Shown in pieces: positions 9,510-18,996 of a DNA stretch of 64,000 nt. Source of the DNA: Cellvibrionales bacterium (lineage in GTDB: Bacteria > Pseudomonadota > Gammaproteobacteria > Pseudomonadales > UBA7239); the NCBI GenBank assembly GCA_016713115.1, contig JADJPU010000001.1, forward strand, positions 1,691,762-1,755,761. Direction: 5' to 3'. Position 1 is the stretch's first letter; each line of letters begins with the position of its first letter. Below the pieces are notes generated by a model, which worked only from the letters and a program-made list of their open reading frames with translations, did no database searches and was not told the origin of the DNA. A program made the translations under genes and the position numbers.

Positions 9510-9917
9510 TTACAGCACAGGGCCGTTGGGCAGGAAGCGATTGTCGGAGTTGGCTTTGATCCACAGCACAGTTTCACGCGACAGCGGCGTGCCGCGTTTT
9601 TTGAGCAAGCGGCTGATCCAGATCACAGGCGATTTATCGCCGCCGTGCCAGTGGGGGAGCTGTTGTTCTATCAAGGTGAAGAAGCGCACCAGCTGCAGCA
9701 GGGCGCCCTCAGCAAGAGGCGTCAGTACATCCTGCCAGTCGTGAGCACCGAGCTTCATTACTTGGTTGCTGCCAGAGGGGAGCTGCCGTTCCCACGCGGG
9801 CAATTCTTGCCAGTTATCTGCCACAGCAAAGGCAATGCAGCGCTGGAGTAGATCGCCGCTTACACGATAGGTGACGGTTTCAGTACCGTCAGTGGGGTTC
9901 CAACTGCCGAGGGTCAT
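9510..9917 (-). CDS. hypothetical protein (135 aa), probably co-transcribed with the sulfotransferase
   Basis: The ORF ends 3 nt before the sulfotransferase start codon. Composition is ordinary and I recognise no family. Confidence 0.5.
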   Translation of the reverse strand: MTLGSWNPTDGTETVTYRVSGDLLQRCIAFAVADNWQELPAWERQLPSGSNQVMKLGAHDWQDVLTPLAEGALLQLVRFFTLIEQQLPHWHGGDKSPVIWISRLLKKRGTPLSRETVLWIKANSDNRFLPNGPVL

Positions 9918-10130
9918 GGGGCTTCCTTCTACTTATAGAGTGATGAACGGCATTGTAGCGGCTGTTATCCCCCCGATTTATCTCTAAAAAAAATAGATAT
10001 AGGCATGGCAATTGTGAAAATTTTGTAATACGCTGCGCGCGGTAAATGTTGTGCTTAACAATTTTTTCACATTGGCCTATGTCAGGGCTTTTCGTCCGAC
10101 TAGGTTTTTTATCACTAAGGAGAACTGGGT

Positions 10131-10997
10131 ATGAAAAACAAACTGGTTGCCGCTTTTGCGGTATCTGCTCTGGCTTTGGGCGTAAGCGCTGCGCAAGCAG
10201 ACGATCACTTCTACGCTGGTGCAAGCGCAGGCTACTTCGACAGCCACGCTGACCTCGAAAAAACTGTCAATGAAGGCGTAGCCGGCGTACAAGTGGGTTA
10301 CCACTTCAACCCAGACTGGTCTGTAGAGCTGGGCCAACTGTCTGGCTTCAATACTGATGACCAAGAAGTAGTTTCTTTGACTGCTGCATATCGCCTGTGG
10401 GGCGAGCAAACTCAGATCTTGGCTGTGGGTGGTATTCAGAACCTGCGCTACACCAACAGCGAAGTAGAGCCAGTATTGGGCGTGGCTGTATCTCACTACT
10501 TCACTGACAATGTTGAGGCGCGCCTCACTGTGTTGGGCGGTGTTGAAGATACCGAATACATGACTAGCACCTTGTCTGTGAACTATCACTTCGGCACACA
10601 TGAAGAAGCCGTTGCTGAGCCAGAGCCAGAAAAAGTAGCGCCAGCTGTAGTAATGACCAAAACCCTGCACGCTCACTTCGACACTGATAAGAGCAAAGTG
10701 CGTCCAGCTGACCGCGCAGAGATCATCCCTGTTGCACAAGCAATGAAAGCCAACCCAGGCAGCACAGCGACTATCGTAGGTCACACTGACAGCCAAGCGT
10801 CAGATGCCTATAACCAAGGTCTGTCTGAGCGTCGCGCTGATGCCTTTAAGAAAGGGATGGTAGAAGAGGGTGGAAACCAAGACGCTATCGAAACTTCTGG
10901 TCGTGGCGAGTTGGAGCCTGTTGAAAGCGACGAGACTTCTGCTGGCCGTCAAGCCAACCGCCGTATCGAAGCTGTTGTGACTGGTCTGCCACAATAA
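10131..10997 (+). CDS. OmpA-family outer membrane protein (beta-barrel N-domain plus OmpA C-like domain)
   Basis: Signal peptide MKNKLVAAFAVSALALGVSAAQA. The C-terminus reads FDTDKSKVRP.......ATIVGHTDSQASDAYNQGLSERRADA......GRQANRRIE. RBS aaggagaa is upstream. Confidence 0.9.
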   Translation: MKNKLVAAFAVSALALGVSAAQADDHFYAGASAGYFDSHADLEKTVNEGVAGVQVGYHFNPDWSVELGQLSGFNTDDQEVVSLTAAYRLWGEQTQILAVGGIQNLRYTNSEVEPVLGVAVSHYFTDNVEARLTVLGGVEDTEYMTSTLSVNYHFGTHEEAVAEPEPEKVAPAVVMTKTLHAHFDTDKSKVRPADRAEIIPVAQAMKANPGSTATIVGHTDSQASDAYNQGLSERRADAFKKGMVEEGGNQDAIETSGRGELEPVESDETSAGRQANRRIEAVVTGLPQ

Positions 10998-11015
10998 GTG
11001 CTAGATGCGTAGAAT

Positions 11016-11041
11016 AAAAACCCGGTTCGCCGGGTTTTTTT
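11016..11041 (+). terminator. rho-independent terminator after the ompA-family gene
   Basis: AAAAACCCGG-TTCG-CCGGGTTTTTTT: a GC stem, a UUCG loop and a T7 tail. Confidence 0.85.
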
Positions 11042-11075
11042 ATGCCCAGAATTTTTGAGTTAGCAGAGGAAAACA

Positions 11076-12506
11076 ATGAGCACGACGCTCTATTGGCATG
11101 ACTACGAAACTTTCGGCCGCAACCCGCGCTGGTGTGGTGTTGCTCAGTTTGCCGGCATTCGCACGGATGAAGATCTCAATGAAATTGGCGAACCGCTGAT
11201 GCTGTATTGCCAGCCGCCGCAAGACAGCTGGCCTGACCCAGTCGCCTGCCTGATTACGGGCATCACGCCACAGTTTTGTCGTCAACACGGCGTGCTGGAT
11301 GTGCAGTTCGCCAAACAAGTGTTGCGCGAATTGAGCCGCCCCGGCACTTGCGGTGTGGGTTTTAACAACATCCGTTTTGACGACGAATTTACGCGGCAAC
11401 TGCTGTACCGCAATTTTTACGATCCGTACGAGCGCGAATGGAAAAACGGCAATTCGCGCTGGGATATTTTGGATGTGCTGCGCATGGCGCGCGCGCTGCG
11501 ACCGGAGGGCATCGAATGGCCGGTGGATGAGCTGGGCAATCCGGTGATGAAATTAGAGGCGCTAACGGCGGCCAACGGTATTGAACATGCCGGCGCGCAC
11601 GATGCCTTGGTGGATGTGCGTGCGACGATTGCCATCGCACGAAAATTGAAACAGGCACAGCCGCGTTTTTATGATTTTGCTTTTCGCTTACGCGATAAAA
11701 AAAATGTAGCCGATTTGCTGGATTTAACAACACATCGGCCAGTGCTGCACACTTCAGGCAAGTTAGGCGGCAAACGCTTATTCACTACCTTGGTGATGCC
11801 CTTGATGCCACATCCAACCAATAGTAACGGTGTGGTGGTTTTTGATTTGATGCAGGATCCTGCGGCGCTGATCGCATTATCTGCTGATGAAATTCGCCGC
11901 CGCATTTTTACTGCCAGTGCCGATTTGGAAGAAGGCGTGGAAAGGTTGGCGATCAAAACCGTACACAGAAATAAATCTCCCATGCTGGCACCGCTAGAAT
12001 TATTGAATGAAACGGTTGCAGCGCGTTTGGGTGTAGATCGCAGTCTGTGTGAAAAACATTGGCAGGTATTGCAAACGGCATTGCCGCAAGTGTGCAGCAA
12101 ATTGATGGAAGTTTTTCAGCAGGCATACGAGCCCACAGTGCGCGATGCAGAGTTTCTTATCTACGATGGCTTTTTTAGTCCATCCGATAAACGCGAGCAA
12201 GAGGCCGTGCGCAAAGCCGCGCCGCAGGAACTAGCAGCGCGAAATTTTTCTTTCCACGATGGTCGCTTAGCCGAGTTGTTGTTTCGCTATCGTGCGCGCA
12301 ATTTCCCTGAATCTTTGTCGGCGGATGAAAAGGCGCAATGGGATGAGTTTCGCCAGCACCGCTTGCACACTAAAATAAGCGACGATTGGTTGACGCGAGA
12401 GAGTTATCTCACACAACTGCAAGAACTAGAACAAGCTCAGCAACAAACGCCAGAAAACTTAGCCGTGCTGAGTGCGTTGCGGGCGTGGGAATCGGAGGTT
12501 CACTGA
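11076..12506 (+). CDS. sbcB: exodeoxyribonuclease I
   Basis: 476 aa. LYWHDYETFG..P.....QFAGIRTD..LN is the ExoI N-terminal DEDDh exonuclease signature. Length matches E. coli SbcB. Confidence 0.92.
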   Translation: MSTTLYWHDYETFGRNPRWCGVAQFAGIRTDEDLNEIGEPLMLYCQPPQDSWPDPVACLITGITPQFCRQHGVLDVQFAKQVLRELSRPGTCGVGFNNIRFDDEFTRQLLYRNFYDPYEREWKNGNSRWDILDVLRMARALRPEGIEWPVDELGNPVMKLEALTAANGIEHAGAHDALVDVRATIAIARKLKQAQPRFYDFAFRLRDKKNVADLLDLTTHRPVLHTSGKLGGKRLFTTLVMPLMPHPTNSNGVVVFDLMQDPAALIALSADEIRRRIFTASADLEEGVERLAIKTVHRNKSPMLAPLELLNETVAARLGVDRSLCEKHWQVLQTALPQVCSKLMEVFQQAYEPTVRDAEFLIYDGFFSPSDKREQEAVRKAAPQELAARNFSFHDGRLAELLFRYRARNFPESLSADEKAQWDEFRQHRLHTKISDDWLTRESYLTQLQELEQAQQQTPENLAVLSALRAWESEVH

Positions 12507-13513
12507 TGCATTTTCCCGGATCACATATTCTTTCTATTGCGTCATTTGAACGCGCCGATATTGAGCGCATTTTTGCGGTAGCTGATCGCATGGAACCCTA
12601 CGCACAGCGCAAGCGCGTTACGCGGGTGTTGGAAGGCGCGATTCTCGGCAATATGTTTTTTGAGCCGAGCACACGCACGCGCGTGAGTTTTGGTTGCGCA
12701 TTTAATTTGCTCGGTGGCGAAGTGCGCGAAACCACCGGTTTTGAATCCTCGGCCTTGGCAAAAGGCGAATCGCTGCACGATACCGCGCGCGTGCTGTCTG
12801 GCTACAGCGATGTGATTTGCATGCGCCACCCGCAAGCGGGTTCCGTGGCGGAGTTTGCCGCAGCGAGCCGCGTGCCGGTAATTAACGGCGGTGATGGCGC
12901 GAACGAGCATCCCAGTCAGGCATTGCTAGATTTGTACACCATCTGCAAAGAAATTGAATCGCGCGGGCGCAGTTTGTCGGAGTTGCGCATTGCGATGATT
13001 GGCGATTTGAAATACGGTCGCACCGTGCATTCCTTGTGCAAATTATTTTGTTTGTACCCTAGTGTGCAAGTGACATTAATTTCTCCCAAAGAATTGGCGA
13101 TGCCGCCGGAGCTGGTGGAGATGATGCGCAGTGCCGGCATACGCGTGACAGAAACGGATCAACTGGAAGCGAGCATAGGCAAGGTGGATATTGCCTACTC
13201 CACGCGCATTCAAGAAGAGCGTTTTTCCAGCAAGGCAGAAGCGGATGTGTATCGCGGCAAGTTTCGTCTCAATCAACAGGTTTATACGCAATATTGCGAA
13301 CCGAACACCGTGATCATGCATCCGTTGCCGCGCGATTCGCGTGCAGAAGCGAATGAATTAGATAACGACTTAAATGAAAACCCCAACCTCGCTATTTTTC
13401 GTCAAGCAGACAACGGCGTGTTGATCCGCATGGCGCTGTTTGCGCTGGTGTTGGATGTGGTGGAGTTGGTGGATAAACACGCGCTGGATGTGCGCTGGTT
13501 TCGCGGGCGATAA
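12506..13513 (+). CDS. pyrB: aspartate carbamoyltransferase catalytic chain (ATCase/OTCase family)
   Basis: From ATG 12506, overlapping the sbcB TGA by 1 nt. Motifs: FFEPSTRTRVSF, HPSQALLDLYT, GDLKYGRTVHSL, MHPLPR. The track start at 12386 lies inside sbcB. Confidence 0.8.
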   Translation: MHFPGSHILSIASFERADIERIFAVADRMEPYAQRKRVTRVLEGAILGNMFFEPSTRTRVSFGCAFNLLGGEVRETTGFESSALAKGESLHDTARVLSGYSDVICMRHPQAGSVAEFAAASRVPVINGGDGANEHPSQALLDLYTICKEIESRGRSLSELRIAMIGDLKYGRTVHSLCKLFCLYPSVQVTLISPKELAMPPELVEMMRSAGIRVTETDQLEASIGKVDIAYSTRIQEERFSSKAEADVYRGKFRLNQQVYTQYCEPNTVIMHPLPRDSRAEANELDNDLNENPNLAIFRQADNGVLIRMALFALVLDVVELVDKHALDVRWFRGR

Positions 13514-13528
13514 GCAGCGAGCGGAAAT

Positions 13529-13570
13529 AAAAAAACTGGCGGACGATGGTGTCGTCGCGCCAGTTTGTTT
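13529..13570. terminator. bidirectional hairpin terminator between convergent pyrB and the M48 lipoprotein gene
   Basis: AAAAAAACTGGCGGACGA-TGGTG-TCGTCGCGCCAGTTTGTTT: a 12-bp stem with one bulge, an A-run on the 5' side and a T-run on the 3' side. Confidence 0.75.
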
Positions 13571-13577
13571 GAGGGGT

Positions 13578-14453
13578 TTAACGCACAGATTGTTGGAAGC
13601 GTTTTTCCAAAGTCTGCACTGTGGAAGGCACGCGCATGCTGTCCATGGTGGTGCTCATTTCTGTTAAACGATCCGTAGGGCTAGGGTGCGTTTGCAGCAA
13701 TAACGCCATGCCGCTGTCACGCGCCGAGCGCGCTTCCAGTTTCTGCATCACGGCGACAAACGCGTAAGGGTCGTAACCGGCATCTGTCATCAGATCCAAG
13801 GCGGCTTTGTCGGCGGCGTACTCGTCGCTCTTATCCAAACCGCGTGCGTACACTTGTTTGGAGGCATTTACCACGCGCTGCGCAAACTCGCGCTCAGTGC
13901 TGCTCATGCGTCCATCCGTGGCAGCCGAGCCGACAAACGCGCCCACATCCAAGGCTGCGCCGAGCAGGTTATTGCTGCGCATCGCGTTGAGGTAATCCTT
14001 GTGTGTCACATGCGCGATTTCGTGCGCTAACACACCGGCCAGTTGCGCTTCGCTGTCCAACATATTCAGCAAACCGCTGGTGACAAACACATAACCACCG
14101 GGTGCGGCAAAAGCGTTCACATCGTTGTCATTTAACACGCCGAAATGCCAGTTCAAGCCGGGGCGCGTGCTGTGCAGAGTGAGCAAACGCCCTACGCGGT
14201 TTACATACCGCTGCTGATTTTGCTGGCGGCTGAGTTTAGAAGCGCCGAGCAGCGTGCCAGCCATGTGGCGGCCGATTTCGGTTTCTTCCTGTTCGGTGGT
14301 ACCGGCCGAGCTTTTGGCGAGCTTGTCGCCGGCGTCGGCCAGTGGCGTTAGGTCATAACCGCCGACATTCACGCCACGCATCGCGGCACAACTCATCAGC
14401 AGCAGAGAAGCAAGCAGTATGGAAAGACGAGAAATCACTTTTGAATAGCGCAT
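13578..14453 (-). CDS. M48-family metalloprotease lipoprotein (LoiP/YcaL-like)
   Basis: From ATG 14453, with AAGGAG 8 nt upstream. MRYSKVISRLSILLASLLLMSC is a lipobox signal. HEIAHVTHKD supplies HExxH, and GGYVFVTSGLL is also present. Confidence 0.85.
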   Translation of the reverse strand: MRYSKVISRLSILLASLLLMSCAAMRGVNVGGYDLTPLADAGDKLAKSSAGTTEQEETEIGRHMAGTLLGASKLSRQQNQQRYVNRVGRLLTLHSTRPGLNWHFGVLNDNDVNAFAAPGGYVFVTSGLLNMLDSEAQLAGVLAHEIAHVTHKDYLNAMRSNNLLGAALDVGAFVGSAATDGRMSSTEREFAQRVVNASKQVYARGLDKSDEYAADKAALDLMTDAGYDPYAFVAVMQKLEARSARDSGMALLLQTHPSPTDRLTEMSTTMDSMRVPSTVQTLEKRFQQSVR

Positions 14454-14457
14454 GGCC

Positions 14458-14946
14458 TTATCTCCTTGGCGCGGGCAGGCCAGCGGCCTGAGCAAATTGA
14501 CGCGCTTCTTCTGCGCTCACTTGGTATTGATTCATGCGCGCAACTTCGGCGAGATCTTCCTGCGAGTTCTGCAATTGCTCGCGTGACAGCCCGCGCACAC
14601 CGGTGGCCACGGTAGTGTTGCTGCGCGAGGCTTGCGCCAAACTCGCCAGTCCACTCATGGTGGATTCACCACCGCGCGTGGCGCCGCCTTGCAGGCGCAC
14701 ACTCAGCATGCGCACCCAGCCTTCGCCTTGCGGCGTTTTTACTTGGTACCAAGCGCCTTGGCGCGTGCCAATTTGCAGAGTCTGGCCGGAAGACAGCTGG
14801 CTGACCGTGGCGCTGCTGGCATTCGGTGCCTGCTTCAGCTCCGTAGCAGCGGTGGTTTGCCCTGTGTCGGCTTGCGCGGCGAGCGCCGTAGCTAGCAGGC
14901 AGCTACTTAACAACAGCCGCGGTGCGGTGGTGCGTGTATTGGTCAT
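14458..14946 (-). CDS. secreted bacterial SH3 (SH3b) domain protein
   Basis: ATG 14946 is preceded by GAGGA. Signal peptide ...LLATALAAQA. TVSQLSSGQTLQIGTRQGAWYQVKTPQGEGWVRMLSV is SH3_3-like. Confidence 0.7.
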   Translation of the reverse strand: MTNTRTTAPRLLLSSCLLATALAAQADTGQTTAATELKQAPNASSATVSQLSSGQTLQIGTRQGAWYQVKTPQGEGWVRMLSVRLQGGATRGGESTMSGLASLAQASRSNTTVATGVRGLSREQLQNSQEDLAEVARMNQYQVSAEEARQFAQAAGLPAPRR

Positions 14947-14957
14947 GGTGTTTTTCC

Positions 14958-16784
14958 TCACGGTGCTTTCCTCCTAGGTTCGTAAAGATTCACGGGTTCT
15001 TCGCGGCCTTTTACCGTGCAGGCTCCGTGCGGTATGAAATCAAATTGCTCGCCGCACAAATCGCGCGTGCTCTGCGAGACCAGTATGCGGGCGATGCCCT
15101 TGGTAACACCTTCCAAGCGGCTGCCGAGGTTCACAGTATCGCCGATGGCAGTGTATTCCAAGCGCTGGTCACAGCCCAACATGCCGACCACGGCGGGGCC
15201 GGAGTGTATGCCGATGCCCACATCAAACTCACTGAGATTGTGTTCGGCGCGGAACTGCTCCAGTTCGTCCACCATGTCCAGTGCGGCAGACACGGCGTTG
15301 ATCGCGTGTCGCTCATCCGCCAGCGGCGCGCCCCAGAAGGCCATGATGGCGTCACCAATAAACTTGTCCAGCGTGCCGTGGTTTTTAAAAATTACGCCCA
15401 CCTGCCGCGTGAAGTAAGCATTCAACAGCGCCATGATTTCGGCAGCACTCGCTTTTTCCGACATGCTGGTAAAGCCGCGTATATCCGAAAACAGCACGCT
15501 GATCTCGCACTGTTTACTTGCCTGTGTCTCGGCGTTTAAGCCTTGTTCGGCAAGCTGCTGCACCACGATAGGGTCAAGAAAACGACCAAACATATCGATG
15601 GCGGCCTGCTTGGCGGCGCGCTCCTGCCAGTAGCGCAGTGCTGTGCCGGTGCCGAGCAACAGCAAGCTGGCGATCATCGGTGAAATGATCGGCAACAGCT
15701 GGTGTTGGCGGATGGCCAACAGGCTGGCGGTAGCCAAGAGTGCGGCGATCAGGGTTGATTGCCACGCTGTCGCCAACAGCGGTTTTTGCTGTTGCAAGCG
15801 CCACAGCAGCCAGAGCAACCAGGGCAGGCCGATCAGCACGCCAGCCCCAGCGTGGTAGTTCAGCCACTGCTGGTTTTTCAGGTTGTCGAAGGTGTTGGCC
15901 AGCAAATACAGCCCCGGGTATTGCGCATTGAGCGGGGTGGGTCGCAGGTCGTGCAGGCCGGCGGCGGTGGCGCCAATAAAGATGGTTTTCCCCGCGAAAT
16001 CCTGCGACTGCCCCGCCTGTACCTTGACCCAGATATCCGCGTAGCTATGGCGTGCATGCGGGGAATCTACGCCGTTGCCGCGCCATGCAATACGCAGTGG
16101 AGAGGGCGTGTTGCGCGTGTCGAGTTGCTGTGTATCCGCCACAACCTGCGGCAGCGAGAGTAGCTGCCAGCCCTGTTTTTCCTGCCGTGTTTGATAGTGG
16201 CGCGCAATGCCATCGGCATCGGCTAAATAGTTGATCAAACCCAGTTGCCAGTGTTCGGGCGCGCCCATAGCGGGCAGCAGCAAATCGCCGCGTGCATCGG
16301 CCTGTGCTTGCGTTGTGCGTTGCAGCGGGAGGTTGTTGGGATAGTTGCTCAGCAATCTTGCTTGCTCAGGCTGTGCGGTATTCATCAGCAGAGTGGGCAG
16401 AAAAATGTTGCTGTGTTGATTCAGCACTTCACCGAAATATTGATCGAATTCTGGGCGTTGGATATCCGGCTCGCTGAACCAGATATCAAACACCACGCTG
16501 CGTACACCTTGCGCCAACAGCCACTCCACCAACTCGGCGTGAGTGGCGCGCGGCCAGGGCCAGCGACCAATGCTGTCGGCCATGGCGCGCAAACTGTAGT
16601 CGTCGATGTCGATCAACACGATGTCGCTGTCGGCGCGCTCGCGCAGGGCTTGTTGCGCGGTGAGTTTATCCAGCCACAGAAAATCCAAACGCGCGCTGGC
16701 AGGCCACAGTGCGGGCAAGCAGAGAACGAGTACGGCCAGTGCCGTAGTGACGAGCAGTGTGGGGGAAAGTGGGCGTGCCAACAT
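14958..16784 (-). CDS. CHASE2-domain membrane sensor fused to a class III adenylate/guanylate cyclase
   Basis: 608 aa. The N-terminal periplasmic region has the VLIDIDDYSL...WPWPR motif typical of CHASE2, followed by 3 TM segments. The C-terminus reads CEISVLFSDIRGFTSMSE...GTLDKFIGDAIMAFWGAP...IGIHSGPAVVG...YTAIGDTVNLGSRLE. Confidence 0.88.
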   Translation of the reverse strand: MLARPLSPTLLVTTALAVLVLCLPALWPASARLDFLWLDKLTAQQALRERADSDIVLIDIDDYSLRAMADSIGRWPWPRATHAELVEWLLAQGVRSVVFDIWFSEPDIQRPEFDQYFGEVLNQHSNIFLPTLLMNTAQPEQARLLSNYPNNLPLQRTTQAQADARGDLLLPAMGAPEHWQLGLINYLADADGIARHYQTRQEKQGWQLLSLPQVVADTQQLDTRNTPSPLRIAWRGNGVDSPHARHSYADIWVKVQAGQSQDFAGKTIFIGATAAGLHDLRPTPLNAQYPGLYLLANTFDNLKNQQWLNYHAGAGVLIGLPWLLWLLWRLQQQKPLLATAWQSTLIAALLATASLLAIRQHQLLPIISPMIASLLLLGTGTALRYWQERAAKQAAIDMFGRFLDPIVVQQLAEQGLNAETQASKQCEISVLFSDIRGFTSMSEKASAAEIMALLNAYFTRQVGVIFKNHGTLDKFIGDAIMAFWGAPLADERHAINAVSAALDMVDELEQFRAEHNLSEFDVGIGIHSGPAVVGMLGCDQRLEYTAIGDTVNLGSRLEGVTKGIARILVSQSTRDLCGEQFDFIPHGACTVKGREEPVNLYEPRRKAP

Positions 16785-16862
16785 GTGTCAATCCTTGTAA
16801 TGGCAGCAGTATTGTAGCAGTCTGACCGCCGCTTTCTGTTACCTCATCTTGTTGTCTGCGCT

Positions 16863-17933
16863 ATGAAAATTTCATCTGTCGTCGCTCTGTTTTTGTTGTG
16901 CTGTTGCAGCGTTGCGCACGCTGTGCGTTTGGAACAGCCGTATGCGGTGGATGTGCCCGTGGCGAGTCAATCGGCTGAAGACAGAGTTGTTGCTGAGCGC
17001 GCCGGTTTGTTGCGTGTGTTGGAAAAAATGAGTGGCCAGCGCTTGGATGGCAACACGCAAATCGCCGCTACGCAAAATAAAGCCGAAAATTTCGTCGCGC
17101 AGTTTTCTTATTTGCAGGACAAAACGGCGGATGGAAAAATCTTGGGCTGGCGTTTGCATTTAGTGTTTCAACAAACGGCGATAGAAAAACTTTTGCGCGA
17201 TGCGGGCATTGCTGTGTGGCCGCTGGATCGCCCGCAAGTGTTGTTACTGATGGTGGATGAACAAAACCGTTTGTTATCAGCGAGCGATAACGAAGCGGCC
17301 GCGACAATGATGCAGCAAGTAGGTTTAGCGCGTGGTGTGCCGGTCTTGTTATTGGATGCAGCGACAACGGATATCACCACGACAGCCAGCGTGCAGAGTT
17401 TGGATGCAGCGGCGCTACTGCCGCTGGCGATACAACGCGGTGCCAACGCGCTGTTGTTGGGCAATGTTAGCGGCAGTGACGCAAAAGGCTGGTTGGGTCA
17501 GTGGGTGTTGCGTGCGGGTGAGCAAGAGCAGCAGTTGACAGAAAAAGCAGCAACGCTGGCTGCGTTGTTGGATGCTGTGATGCGTCGATCGGCAGAATGG
17601 TTGTCAAATAGTTATCGCAACAGTGTTACCACGGATACCGGCCCTGCAGCACTGCGTTTACAGATTGACGATGTGCGCAGCTATGCGGCGTTTATGCAGC
17701 TGCGCCAGTATTTAGAACAGCTGGATACGGTGGAGCGCGTTCGCGGCATGCAAATCAACGGCAGTACCGTAATGGTGGATTTGGATGTGAAAGGCCGCGA
17801 AAGTTTTCGCAATTTATTTGCGCTGTTTAAATCCGTGCAATGGAAAGAAGAAATCGCTTCACCAATACAAGAAGGTGAAGCAGCAGCTGTGCCTGTGTGG
17901 CACTATCTTTGGATCGATGGAGGCGTGCAATGA
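16863..17933 (+). CDS. secreted protein of unknown function (possibly DUF2066 family)
   Basis: 356 aa with signal peptide [20 protein letters not shown]. The family name is from recollection only. It is divergent from the cyclase gene, and its stop overlaps the cysK start. Confidence 0.5.
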   Translation: MKISSVVALFLLCCCSVAHAVRLEQPYAVDVPVASQSAEDRVVAERAGLLRVLEKMSGQRLDGNTQIAATQNKAENFVAQFSYLQDKTADGKILGWRLHLVFQQTAIEKLLRDAGIAVWPLDRPQVLLLMVDEQNRLLSASDNEAAATMMQQVGLARGVPVLLLDAATTDITTTASVQSLDAAALLPLAIQRGANALLLGNVSGSDAKGWLGQWVLRAGEQEQQLTEKAATLAALLDAVMRRSAEWLSNSYRNSVTTDTGPAALRLQIDDVRSYAAFMQLRQYLEQLDTVERVRGMQINGSTVMVDLDVKGRESFRNLFALFKSVQWKEEIASPIQEGEAAAVPVWHYLWIDGGVQ

Positions 17934-18895
17934 GTCTTTTTCAAAATAACAGTCAGAGCATTGGTGGTACCCCGCTGATTCAACTCAGCCGTATTTCGCA
18001 ACATAAAATTTTTGCAAAAATTGAAAGCCGTAATCCAGCGGGCTCGGTAAAGTGTCGCATCGGTGCCAACATGGTGGCGGATGCCGAGCAGCGCGGCGTG
18101 TTAAAAGCGGGTATGGAATTGGTAGAACCAACCAGCGGCAACACCGGCATTGCGCTCGCTTTTGTCGGCGCTGCAAAAGGCTATGCCGTGACTTTAACCA
18201 TGCCGTCCAGCATGAGTTTGGAGCGCCGTCAGTTATTGAAAGCGCTGGGTGCCAATGTGGTGCTGACAGATCCTGCGCTCGGCATGAACGGCGCCATTGC
18301 TAAAGCAAAAGAAATCGTGGCGAGTAATCCCGCGCATTTTTTAATGTTGCAGCAGTTTGAAAATCCAGCCAATCCACAAGCGCATGAGCAAACCACGGGG
18401 CCAGAAATTTGGCGCGACACCAACGGCGAAATTGATATTTTGATCAGCGGTGTCGGCACGGGCGGCACCATTACTGGCGTTTCGCGCTACATCAAACAGC
18501 GGATGGGCAAGGCCATTACCTCGGTGGCCGTAGAGCCGGAATCGTCCTATGTGATGCGCGCTGTGAAAGAAGGCAAAGACTTGAAACATGCACCGCACAA
18601 AATTCAGGGATTGGGCGCGGGTTTTATTCCGGGCACACTGGATATGGCGATGGTGGATGCTGTGGAAGCAGTGAGCGATGCGGAAGCCGTGCAGTGGGCG
18701 CACCGCTTGATGAAAGAGGAGGGCATACTCGCCGGCATTTCCAGCGGCGCAGCCATGGCCGTGGCCGAGCGCGTGGCGGCGCGCCCAGAAAACGCAGGCA
18801 AAACCGTGGTGGTGGTGCTGCCGGATTCCGCCGAGCGCTATTTGTCGTCGCCGCTGTTTGAGGGCTTGTTTAGCGAGCAGGAAAAGCAGCAGTAA
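17930..18895 (+). CDS. cysK: cysteine synthase (O-acetylserine sulfhydrylase)
   Basis: From ATG 17930 (ATGA overlap). [11 protein letters not shown]...[38 protein letters not shown]. Confidence 0.92.
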   Translation: MSLFQNNSQSIGGTPLIQLSRISQHKIFAKIESRNPAGSVKCRIGANMVADAEQRGVLKAGMELVEPTSGNTGIALAFVGAAKGYAVTLTMPSSMSLERRQLLKALGANVVLTDPALGMNGAIAKAKEIVASNPAHFLMLQQFENPANPQAHEQTTGPEIWRDTNGEIDILISGVGTGGTITGVSRYIKQRMGKAITSVAVEPESSYVMRAVKEGKDLKHAPHKIQGLGAGFIPGTLDMAMVDAVEAVSDAEAVQWAHRLMKEEGILAGISSGAAMAVAERVAARPENAGKTVVVVLPDSAERYLSSPLFEGLFSEQEKQQ

Positions 18896-18919
18896 TTCGC
18901 CGCGCGCAATGTATTCTTC

Positions 18920-18956
18920 GGGCGCAGCCGGTTAAAATCGCGCGCCCTCTTTTTTG
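18920..18956 (+). terminator. rho-independent terminator after cysK
   Basis: GGGCGC...GCGCCC stem followed by TCTTTTTTGTT. Confidence 0.7.
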
Positions 18957-18996
18957 TTCGTCCACCCGCCCACCCCATTCATGATGGACTGCCCGC

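Noticed and set aside
10009-10075. TGTGAAAA ... TTTTCACA inverted half-sites upstream of the ompA-family gene, reminiscent of a CRP site
   Set aside because: The half-sites are about 55 nt apart rather than 6, and the pairing is only about 8 bp with mismatches. They are not a CRP operator. At most they form a weak leader structure.
10077-10796. 239-aa minus-strand ORF overlapping the ompA-family gene
   Set aside because: It is antisense to a gene with a clear signal peptide, OmpA C-domain, RBS and terminator. It has no motif or RBS of its own.
12386-12505. Upstream extension of the pyrB ORF (track start 12386)
   Set aside because: The extension lies inside the 3' end of sbcB and has no ATCase homology. 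The ATCase N-terminus begins at MHFPGSHILS (ATG 12506), overlapping the sbcB stop.
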